NCBI RefSeq assembly: GCF_902459465.1
Contig: NC_047074.1
Coordinates: 3,348,001-3,412,000 of the forward strand
Origin: Asterias rubens
Lineage: Eukaryota
Reading direction: 5' to 3'
DNA: 64,000 nt
The notes beneath the pieces are model-generated. The model was not told the DNA's origin. It made no database searches and saw only the letters and a program-made list of their open reading frames with translations. Position 1 is the stretch's first letter, and each line of letters begins with the position of its first letter. Below are positions 12,301 to 22,053 of this stretch, in pieces. Both the position numbers and the translations under genes were made by a program.

Positions 12301-15300
12301 TCTTGGCGTTAGTAGCAAATATTTGGTAGTAGAAAATACCCTTCGCTGATATATTTGAAACATCAGTGGCATGTACTTTTGACAATTACCAAAGGTGACC
12401 AGTGTCTTTTAAGGGAAGATATCTTATTTTGTTAAGTGAAGGAGCCGTAAGGATTGGTTCCTGTATAGGCCCAAATAACAGTTGTTCATCACAGGACCAG
12501 GGGTCGATTTCACAAAGAACTTAGAACTAGTCCTAACTCGGGACTAGTCCTAGGACGAGTATCTCACCTAACTCAAGATAAGACTAGTCTTAACTCCACC
12601 CCAGGCATACAAGCAAGTCCCAAGGACCAGGGGTCGATTTCACAAAGAACTTAGAGCTAGTCCTAACTCGGGACTAGTCCTAGGACGAGTATCTCGCCTA
12701 ACTCAAGATAAGACTAGTCTTAACTCCACCCCAGGCATACAAGCAAGTCCCAAGGACCAGGGGTCGATTTCACAAAGAACTTAGAGCTAGTCCTAACTCG
12801 GGACTAGTCCTAGGACGAGTATCTCGCCTAACTCAAGATAAGACTAGTCTTAACTCCACCCCAGGCATACAAGCAAGTCCCAACAGTTTGGTGTGGAGTG
12901 AAAAAACATGCAAGACAAAACCTCACCTTATACATGTCGTATAAACCCGTTGCTGATATATTTGAAACGTCAGTGGCGTGTACTTTTCCTATGGAATGAA
13001 ATCCATGTAACACAATAAAACAGTGATATGAGTTTTGCCAGAATTGTCTCTTGATTTTTTGTTTAAGAGGCAGAAAGAGAAAGAAAATAAATAAAAACGT
13101 TTTATTTTATTTTACTCACCTTTTGTGAGTTTCCACACCAGCCACGTCTCAATAGTTCCGAACACGAGTTTATTATTCAGAGCGTCTTTCTTAACCTACA
13201 ACCGAGAATTGCAAAAGATTAGTTTGCATTAAAATATAAAAAGAAAGTATACGTTTGGTGATTACTCTTTAAACTAATGGCAATAAAAGCTTACTTGGTA
13301 ACAAGTACATCAACTTTCGAAAAACCAAAGGTGCATGTATAGGGGGCCTTGTTTGCCTATAAAGACACTGGACACCTTCAGTAATTGTCAAAGACCAGTC
13401 TTCTCACTTTGTGTATCTCAACATACTGTACGCACAAAATAACAAACCTGTGAAAATTTGATCGCCAAAGTTGAGAGATGATAATAAATTAAAACACCCT
13501 TGTCACAAGAAGTTGTCTGCTTTCAAAAGCTTGATTTCGCGACCTCAAAATCTAATTATGAGGTCTCAAAATCAAATTCGTGGAAAATTACTTCTTTCTC
13601 GAAAACTACGTTACTTCAGAGGGAGCCATTTCTCACAATGTTTTTAATCACATATACCCCAGAGCTACTGTCTCATGAGACTGTCGTACTAGAGTGAAAT
13701 TAGCTTTTCAATTAATGACCATTCGGACAATGTGAGGCGAACTAACCTGCGATTATCTTGAACCTCATTTTGAGGTGATAAAATGTACACTTGATTGAGG
13801 ATGCAGGAGTGAACAACAAGGAAGAGCTTGTTAGTTGTACGAAGGATAGATATGTGTGGTGTGTCAGACATCGAGCCCGACTCAAACATGCGGCAAGGCG
13901 ACAATTCAGGTCAACTGAGTGAGTCTCACTCAGAAGCAGCAAAACGTACACAAAGAAATTACCCCCAAAGAAATGGTCGAAATGGTAGATGTGAATCTTA
14001 CCAATAGATCAAATAACATTGAGAGGGGACCAGTTGCTCTATGACTTGCTGCGTCTTTGGACAGATGTTTTTGTGACAAAATTCTGTCCATGTTTGTTAA
14101 TACAAAATTGCTTTTTAAACCTATGATTACTTGAATGTAGTTTACCTCTGGCATGTTCTCCAGCACAAACGATAGTCGAATGGATACCTTTACAAGAAGA
14201 GGTTAGAAAAAAAACGTCTGATGATGGAAAATATTTATAGCGAAAAAGAAATAAAGAAGACAACAAAAATTGACACAGCAACAACAATTTTTTTTTACCC
14301 TCATGTATAATGCATAATGAGCACTTCTTGCGTATATAGCCTAGATTAGATTAGATGAGATTAGAATTATTTATTCAGCCAAATTTAAAAACACCAACAA
14401 AAGATACAAATATATAAATAAAAACACATATGTAGGCTACAACAATAGCAGAAGACAAACTAATTCCCATTTTGACTCACGTGTTGAGATGTGAATGTGA
14501 AGACGCCACCGGCTTCGAATCGCCGCATTCTGGAGAAGAAGTGCAAAAACTTGGATCCTTTTTGTAAACCCTTCATGAAATGAAAACAAAAAATAAAAAA
14601 ACACATTTACAAGAAACAAGTAGTGAGAAGTCAAACTTGATCATATTGTTTATTAACCTGCCCGATATGTGGCAGATTTTGCCCCCCCCCCCATCCACTA
14701 AAGAAAAGTTCCCATACTTGCATAAAAACACACTCTTTTTGTCTGCAACATATTGCCCCATCCCCCCCCCCCCCCACATGCCCTCTAAAGAATTCCTGAA
14801 AATTCCATAACACTGTGAGGACACAATGGGGTGGGGGTTGGGGGGGGGTGGGTTTGGAAGAAACCATGCCACATTTCGAGCACTTTCTGCCCAAACAATA
14901 GACTGTGCAAATTTCACGCGTAGGATCCGCCAAAATTCCTGAGTTTGTTTCCTTGACGCTACAAAGTGATCCCAAAATGTTTGTTAACGCTCGAGACTTA
15001 CGGTCCAATAGTGCATAAAATACAACCAGTAAACAAACCAACCTTGAAGCTTAAAGAGCGATTGATGTCTTCTACATACTTCTCTGCCCTTGTATCATTC
15101 CAACAAATGAAGTTGTGGTACGGTTCACCCGTCTCTCTGCAAAAAACAAACAAACAAACAAACAATTCATAAATACCCCAGACAGTTTCTCTACTCCTAT
15201 TGGTGGAGAGCGCATCAGGTGGGGGTGTTTAAATGGTTGATAATGACCAGCTGGAGCCGTTTATAACAGGCTGGCTTCGGCGTGTTTGGCGTGCAAGATT

Positions 15301-17151
15301 ATCATGCGGAACGCAATTCATAGCTATTAGTAACGGCGCATAATCTATTTCTAAGCGCGCACGCGTACACACAAGCCACATGCATCAAACAGATTCTTCA
15401 CAATGTTTTTGAAAAAAATATTTCAAACCTCAAATTTTCAATTGTCAAAGTGTCTATACTTTTTTTAACAAAAGGGAATTTATGAATGGAAATAAAAGAG
15501 TAGGGACTTGTTCTTAATCGTCCGCTTAAAACCTTGCAGCGTCGTTGCCGTGTGATCACACGGCAATGACCCTGCCGATTTTAAATGGACGTTTAAGAAC
15601 TCCTCGCTACCCTTTTATTCCCTTAATTTATAACTCTTGATGTTTATGGTCATTCAAAAATGTTGAGGTGTCCATGAGCGTACCTATTCCATGTTAGAAA
15701 TGTAGCTCGCAATGTTGATATTCCCATAGCAATGATTTGGGCTGCTACTAAACCAGCATCTGTTGGAAGAAGGGGTGGGAGTGGACATTAGAGGGTGGAG
15801 GTAAAGAGCAGAACAGATCAAAAATGACAACCCTTCCGACAAATAAAACAATTCATGCGCTGAATTTCAAGAATCTTTGGAGACATTAGCTCTCACCATG
15901 CAATGCCTGAAACACCATATAAATTTCAGTCTTTTGGATAGAACATCAAGCAGTGATCGTTATTATTATTGTTATTATTACTATTATTATTATTATTAAT
16001 TCGACCAATACAATCACACCAAGTTACAATAGCACGAGACAGAACATTAACGAAAACAAAATATATATAAATAAGCAAGAACTAAGGAAAATAAATACAC
16101 AATTATATGAAAAATTAAATAAATTAAATTAAGTTAATTAAATAAAATTAAATAAATAAGTTATTTGAACAAGAAAACAAAAACAGGAAGCAAACAAAAC
16201 CAAATGGGAACGAATGTGTTACTAGGATTGGTAAAAAACTGTCCTGTTTATTAGTTCCATGTTTATCCAGTGCCCTTAAACCCCCCTCTGCCACGCCACA
16301 CTACATTAACCTGTAATTGCTTCTTTAACAACTGATGTAAACTGCTTCCACAGACTGTCAGGTTCAATCTCAACTCTGCCATGAGCAGGACTCGAACCCA
16401 CACTCTGTCGATCAGAAACACCGGAGCTTGAGTCCAGTGCCCTTAACCACTCGGCCATGACACACCTTACATGTATTTACCTGTAATTGCTTCTTTAACA
16501 ACTGATGTAAATTGCTTCCACAGACTGTCGGGTTCAATCTCAACTCTGCCATGAGCAGGACGGTGAACCTGCATCTAAGTCAATATCAAATACAATTGAT
16601 TAATAACTTTGATGAGGACGGTACAAAACAACTAACGTATGACAAGAATGTAACCAGTTTTAATATGGGTACAACCATGTACACCTTGCCCAATATTGAG
16701 GCAGCCAGGGCTCGAACTTAATACAGGACTGCAAGACCAAGACCAGTGCTTGTAGTGTTGGGCAAGCAAATTCCCTTTTTCAACAAAATGTCTCAGTGCA
16801 ACTAAAAATTTGTCCCGACTAGTGTGAATGTCACGACTATTTGAGGCAGGACAAGTCGAATAGTAAATTTCAGTAACCACACCCTGATACATTGTACATG
16901 TAAGTCAGCAACCAGAACGGATGTCTGATGCCCTGAACCGCTCAGCAACGACACGCCACGTGGCAATTTGGTATAATGACAGTCATCCAGGTGGTTATAT
17001 GAATACAACGGCAATAAAATGACTCAAATGAGACAGAACATACCTTTTGAGTTCCACTTCCTTTAAGTTCAGCCTTGTCATTGTAAATGTGACATCGTAT
17101 TGTTGTGGTGCCGATGTCGATAGCCGCGATGAATACTTCTTTGGTTGCCAT
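3351..17151 (-). CDS. GK5: Glycerol kinase 5 (FGGY family), 17 coding exons, 516 aa. Exons: 17151-17044, 16574-16481, 15759-15684, 15136-15043, 14570-14481, 14187-14146, 13195-13120, 12988-12927, 11958-11885, 11741-11681, 11155-11029, 10504-10400, 8754-8660, 7802-7699, 5720-5658, 4282-4149, 3496-3351
   Basis: All exons have GT-AG boundaries with consistent phases and sum to 1551 nt. Peptides [82 protein letters not shown] and [10 protein letters not shown] align colinearly with human GK5 as recalled. Confidence 0.95.
4040..4110. repeat. 19-20-bp tandem repeat TCATGGATGAGGCCAAAG x3-4
   Basis: Direct reading. Confidence 0.9.
4440..4827 (+). mobile_element. T2/Kolobok-type MITE, family A
   Basis: TTAA-AGGCAGTGAACACTATTGGTA...TACCAATAGTGTCCAGTGTC-TTAA, with internal sequence shared by many copies in the window. 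Confidence 0.85.
5281..5580 (-). mobile_element. tRNA-derived SINE. Further copies or fragments at ~9790-9970, 10810-10920, 16392-16465, 19935-20220, 43955-44160, 52110-52450, 57660-58000.
   Basis: Shared GAGAAGCAATTATAG..AAG..TCTTGCTCAAGGACACAAGTGTC..GACCGGGATTCGAACCCACAC, the reverse complement of a B-box head plus conserved central domain, with (TAA)n-like tails. Confidence 0.85.
5885..6310. repeat. ~150-bp tandem triplication in GK5 intron 14
   Basis: AAATACAATACATTAGACCTAAC at 5931, 6076 and 6229. Confidence 0.9.
7305..7697. repeat. Degenerate tandem duplications beginning at the GK5 exon 14 donor
   Basis: GGACCAG...ATCAA.GG recurs at ~7310, 7382, 7520 and 7675. Confidence 0.75.
8336..8578. 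mobile_element. PIF/Harbinger-type MITE with long TIRs and CAG target duplication. Related copies at ~38180-38365, 41283-41560, 43870-43960, 44330-44575, 53268-53320.
   Basis: CAG-GGCCCAATTTCATAGAGCTG...GCTCTATGAAATTGGGCC-CAG. Confidence 0.85.
8797..9337 (+). mobile_element. Non-autonomous element ending in a ~170-bp hairpin with apex CCCGAGGCGAAGCCGAGGG
   Basis: Second copy at ~58048-58500 in reverse orientation shares both the unique arm and the hairpin. Confidence 0.8.
10568..10770. mobile_element. MITE with ~50-bp TIRs in a TA context
   Basis: AGGTGAGGTTTGTGGTAGCACGATGTGT...ACACATGGTGCTACCGCAAACCTCACCT. Confidence 0.75.
11981..12412 (+). mobile_element. T2/Kolobok-type MITE, family A, containing a captured piece of GK5 exon 8
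   Basis: TTAAAGGCACTGGACAC...CCAGTGTCTTTTAA; 12345-12380 matches 12952-12987 at 34/36. Confidence 0.85.
12494..12883. repeat. Three tandem 130-bp copies of a Harbinger-type MITE plus flank (single relatives at ~3606-3780 and ~56090-56260)
   Basis: Units start at 12494, 12624 and 12754. Copy 1 differs from copies 2 and 3 at two positions. Confidence 0.95.
13359..13645 (-). mobile_element. T2-type MITE family A, truncated
   Basis: One terminus (AAAGACACTGGACAC) plus the shared internal body. Confidence 0.75.
16311..16404 (-). other. Duplicated GK5 exon 2 (candidate exon 2') with a SINE-derived 5' end and acceptor
   Basis: Its 3' ~80 nt copy 16481-16561 with two synonymous differences. The upstream SINE supplies cag|AGT GTG GGT TCG AGT CCT. 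Donor is GTTAAT. Length is 94 nt, identical to exon 2. The duplication is certain; splicing is unproven. Confidence 0.6.
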
Positions 17152-17501
17152 GGCTAAGTGGCAATGTTGATTACCTCTTGCCAAGATTCAGATTTTTGTT
17201 TTTAGTTCGTTTCATCACCTGAAGGAAAGTGAAGAGATGTGGTTACAAAGGGTTTTTTCTTTTAAAGGAACAAATTTACAGAATTGGCAAGAAGAAAAAA
17301 AATTGTGAAGATCAGAGATTTACAGGTTGTACTAAAACCCCCTCGTCCCCCCTTGACCCACGACCCTTCGACGTCTGCCCTGTATTTGAAGCGTGTCCCA
17401 ATTGCGAATTCAGAAATGACCTAGTAAGAATTAAGTTCCCGATATATGAGTTTAACTTTAACTATGAAAAGATGAATGCCGCATTGATGATTGGATAACT
17501 G

Positions 17502-17890
17502 GAAAAGTTTCCGTATGGCGCCACCACTTTTTTAATTCGATATAGTATCTAATTTACCTCAATGAGATATCCCTTTTTGTAAAAATTTGTGAAAAAGTGG
17601 TGGCGCCATACGGAAAGTTATCCGGATAACTTTCTGTGGCACCACCACTTGTTCACTCATTTTTACAACAAAAGAGGATCTTATTGAGGTAGACCCAGTG
17701 ACTGGGGCGATAGATTCCTTTTTTCGAAATTTTGACATTATCGGTCAGCTAGATGACCAATAATGTAAAAATTTTGAAAGGAATCTAGCGCCCCAGTCAC
17801 CTGGTCACTGGGTCAATCATTAGGGTAAATTGGATACTATATTATTTTATATCGAAAGAAAAAATGGTGGCGCCATGCAGAAACTTTTCC
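17502..17890. mobile_element. Two adjacent, oppositely oriented copies of a ~130-bp MITE, the second interrupted by a nested inverted-repeat element (~17694-17815)
   Basis: Repeated TATGGCGCCACCACTTTTT / AAAAAGTGGTGGCGCCATA; nested CCCAGTGACTGGGGCG...CGCCCCAGTCAC. Confidence 0.7.
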
Positions 17891-18377
17891 TCATGATTAA
17901 ATCAACAATAAACATAATTTAGGCCACTAACAAAGGCTAAAACTGAAAGATATATACCGAGTGTAATTAACAATAACAATTAACATTTGAATTCATGCTG
18001 GTTATACATCAACATCACCATGCAGGAAAACAAGTTTTAAAAATAAAACATGTTTAAAAACACACTCCATGTACATCATGTACATTCCCAGGTGACAGAC
18101 TAGGACTTGGGTTGGTTGGAGCGAACACTAGTCCACCTTGTTAAACATGAGTCTCTTTTCTTAAGTTTTATCATCAGTCTTGTCGCCATCCAATTCCAAC
18201 AATGCAATGTAATGTTGAGCCAAAATACTAAATCAGTCCAACATCACGTGGCAGTTTGATGATGATGTTCGGCAATGGGACTACATGTATACATACATGT
18301 ACATGTACGTAGAGATGGGCTATGGTCATGGCATGGATGGAACACTATCTCAGCGACACAGCGTATTTATAACTCAC

Positions 18378-18468
18378 CATAAGTTTCTCAACTACCTTGG
18401 CAGCATTCGTGTTACACTTTTGAAGTCGTTCATTGTGCAATTCACTCAATTTTGATGAGGACTCTGTC
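18378..18468 (-). other. Probable upstream (5' leader) exon of GK5
   Basis: Strong acceptor (ctttgttgtttcag) and donor (atg|gtgagt), 91 nt. The ATG-containing GK5 exon also has a strong acceptor (actttccttcag at ~17219-17230), implying upstream exons exist. Confidence 0.5.
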
Positions 18469-18762
18469 CTGAAACAACAAAGTCTGAAGTGGGAGTGTGT
18501 GTGTGTGTGTGCGTTTTTGACAAAGGCATGACCTTTGACCAGAAGGTCACACAAAACGTGCAGCAGTCACACAGTGTTGTTCGCATTGATTGCCCTTCCC
18601 AGGGCGATGGGGACGAGCGAAAATCCCTGTTTCACATGATGAGAACGAAGTGGACTCGCGGGAAAATTCGATCCAAGTACATTTTGCTGGTCGGAGAATC
18701 GAAGAATGAGAGTTCAAATCATGTTTTAGACCTATCTAATTGTTCAACTGCTGGCTGTTAAT

Positions 18763-21700
18763 ATGGGAAAGCGAAAACTGACAGTGACACAAGCCCACGG
18801 CCACCCTAAGCATGTGCAAGAACAGTGTGACGTATGGCTTACAGCAAAAGTGGTAAGTGAAAATTGAACTTGTCGCGAAGGAATTAAGAGCTAAAATAAA
18901 AATAAACATGGAAATTAAAAGGTGTACACACTGCACACAGCTAGGACGTACTGCTAATTCTGCTAGATTCATACCATGATACGGATGTGTGCTATATATA
19001 AAGGATTAATCGGCCCGATTGATCATGTAATAAGCTATTGAATCCACTCATCCCGCAAAAGGTCACCGTGCAAAATGCTTTTTTACCTAGACGGTATGGG
19101 TGATGTACAGTACTACTACTACGTACTAGTACTAGTACTAGTCTAGAAATGGTCCCCTTGCGACCTTGGCCTTGTTTAGCTTATAATAGTTATATAACTT
19201 ATAATAAGAAATAAAATGTTATCATCGTGCTGTATAGGGCATACTCCTTTGCGAAATGTTGACATCTCGCTCGTACTTTCGAAAAAGGAGTACGTCACCC
19301 AGCGCCCCAGTTACTGGTTCTATCATTATCGCACTCACAGTCACACTCACAGCGTTTTCATGATTTATTGAATTGAAGTCAGTAAAGATATTTTATATAC
19401 TCACGGAATAAATAATAATGCAATTTATTTGTATTTAGGGAGGGGGGGGGTAAATAGCTACCGATGCACACATCATTTTTCCTTCTTTGTTTATGAAAAA
19501 ACAGGACCTCTAAAATCAATGAAATATTTGCACCTTCTTATCGTGGTTTGTTGATTATGATTGAAAACTCGCTCGGGAAAAAAAAATTAAAATTACAAAA
19601 ACGACAATTTACTTTTCATATCATCCCTTTGAAAAGGGAAAGAGTTTGATTGAACTGCGGAGTTATGATCCAGAGATAACAAATGACTCTTGGATTTTAT
19701 TGAATTTTTCAGCCCCCCAAACAGCCGGTCCTAAGAAGGCTCCCTCTATCCGTCATCCAGCAAATTTATCCAGGGCCAACAGTTGATGTTTCAACTGCAA
19801 CAAAGCAGACAACCTTACTGGACTTTTTTAAGAAGCCGAGAGAATCCAAGAGAGAGGACTCTCTACACTATGCGCAGCAAGCAGAAGAAAACCGCAAACC
19901 TGAAAACGGTAAACAATAGGGGGCCTAAATGATTATAACTAGTTCTTATTTAGCGCACTCCACAATAAACGTCTCGATGCACTTTAGTACCCTGGTTATT
20001 GGGCCAATAACATTCCTTTAATCTTTTTCAGCTCCCTTAGGAGTATATAGCCTGGGCAAACGTAGCGCTCAAAAGGCTTTTTAAAACACAAATCAAGCTG
20101 TACCCTCGCAGGTACCCATGGGTGAAGAGAAGCAAAAGTATGTTGCTCAAGGACCCTAGTGTTCCAACCGAGATTCGAACCCACACCCTGAAGACTTAAC
20201 CGGAACTTTGATGCTCTTCATCACTCCGCCAAATGACACCCTACATTTTGAAAATCTAGAAACTGATGGGTCCGGATCTGCGTGTTGATGCAGCCGAATG
20301 GTCTAGGTCACCGTATCCAAGGTCTGATGATGTCAACAGCACAGTGTGGGTTTGAATCTCGGTCATGACATTTTTTCCCTTGAGCAAGCTGTTTAACCAT
20401 TGCTTTGTTAAAAGTTGGGAATGTACATTGTAGTGCATTGTGCTCTACCAGCCAGGCTCCCAGTGGATAATACCCATGCCTACATCCTTAATGACTGTAA
20501 CAGGAGTATTAAAAACCCTGTTTCAGCCCCAGGAGTACGTGGAAGCGTACCCTTGGTGACAGTCAAGGTTTAGCCCTCAACTTTAAGTGGCCATCCAACT
20601 TTGGTGTGCATACAAAACATTAAGAGCAATTAATTGGGCAAGGCCGTTTTCATTTTGCAAAAGGTTACTTTCCTTTGAAAATCTTGTATGCATATTGTTC
20701 ATTAACCACTTAAAATTAACATACTTTCTCTGCGCCTTCTTAGGTTGTTCTCGGAATCGGCTAAATGAGGACCAAGTTGGCTACTTTGATACTCTGCAAG
20801 AAGGCGAGAGGAATGAAGAGCCTCCCATGAAACAGATGCGGAAATCCAAGCATCCCGAGCCTACCATTGTAAGGTTGTTTGATACGTCTGCCGCCCATCA
20901 ACAAGATGAAAACAGAATGCTTGGGAGTCAAACAATGATTTACAGCAATCTCAAATGCAACTCGATATCTAGAAACATTTATCGACAACAGTCTGCAACA
21001 AACAACGGCTCTGATAAACCAACCTCCAGGTCAAGAAAAACGAAACCCAGTAACATCGTAACCCACCCCCAGTCTTACCATGGGTCTCAAAGGAAGTCGG
21101 ACTATCTTGAGAGACAGAAATGCAAAGGCACGGACAAAGGAAATGACAGTTCAGTTGATGATGATCCACCAGATGGGGACTCCTTCCACTTGTCTCTTTC
21201 ATCTGGCTTATCGCAGAGTACAGACAGCCAATCCTGTGGTGTGACCGTTGTAGCTCTCAAAGGGGTCAAGAATGTGACCTCTTCCCTTGGGAATATTGAA
21301 ACTGAAGAAGTATTGTATCCAACCCGCCAGAATCTTTCTAGGTCCTGTGAAAGATACAAGACATTCAATCGAGGAAACGATTCATGTCAGGGCAAAAGAA
21401 ATCCAGTATCACCAGCAGCAAAGTCCAAGAAGTTACAGTACATTCACCCATACTTGTTAGACTCCGAAACAAGCCATACTCAACTCACAGATGTACTTGG
21501 TGCAAGCAATGTGCTGGATGATACCTATCTCAATGGTTCTACTTTGAATGGTAGAGTCCTGAGGGTAAATTTAGTTGACTCTGAACTCATGTTGAACTCC
21601 TGTTCCATTGGGGAGTCAACTGAGGAATCACAATGGTCAAGACCTGACCTATCTGTCGATGACCCCACCCTGTCATTAAACAGTCCCTCTGAGTCCCTGG

Positions 21701-22053
21701 TTGGCCCCTCCCTAGCAGATGTTGACCCCCTGTCTGAGGAGAACTCGTACCTGTTTGTTGATGACCCCACCCTGTCATTAGACAGTCCTTTCGAGTCTCT
21801 GGTTGGCCCCTCCCTCGCAGCTGATGGCTTCGCCCTGTCTGTGGAGGACCCTGCCCTGTGTGTAAATCAACCTTTGATAGAGTATCCCTGCCTGTCAATT
21901 ATTGACAGTCCCTCCTCTGTGCCCAGGTGTGGTCCTTCCCACAGCCCTGCAGACTTCTCTGAGTTTACACTGAACACACAGGGTTGTTTTGTTCCGAAAG
22001 AACCTGCACATGGAACAAGCCTATTTCAAGAGGACTCCCAGTGTTATGACTGA
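18763..22053 (+). CDS. AUNIP: Probable AUNIP (Aurora kinase A and ninein-interacting protein) orthologue, 3 exons (18763-18852, 19713-19908, 20744-22053), ~531 aa, largely low-complexity
   Basis: Exons join in frame with GT-AG boundaries. N-terminal EQCDVWL resembles AUNIP EACGVWL, KQTTLLDFF resembles HQRSIASFF, and C-terminal SLFQEDSQ resembles QLFTEDSQG (from memory). The gene model is solid; orthology is moderately supported. Confidence 0.6.
20290..20575 (+). mobile_element. Second tRNA-derived SINE family (fragments ~40515-40720, ~55990-56075)
   Basis: Degenerate B-box GTGGGTTTGAATCTCGG followed by CCCTTGAGCAAG; its 3' part is shared with 55990-56075 in reverse. Confidence 0.65.

Noticed and set aside
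18736-18972. 78-aa hydrophobic minus-strand ORF
   Set aside because: It is antisense to AUNIP-like exon 1 and its AT-rich intron; the hydrophobicity reflects base composition.
20587-20743. 5' extension of the 488-aa ORF
   Set aside because: It is intronic: a good acceptor (ccttcttag) at 20743 joins in phase to the upstream exon.
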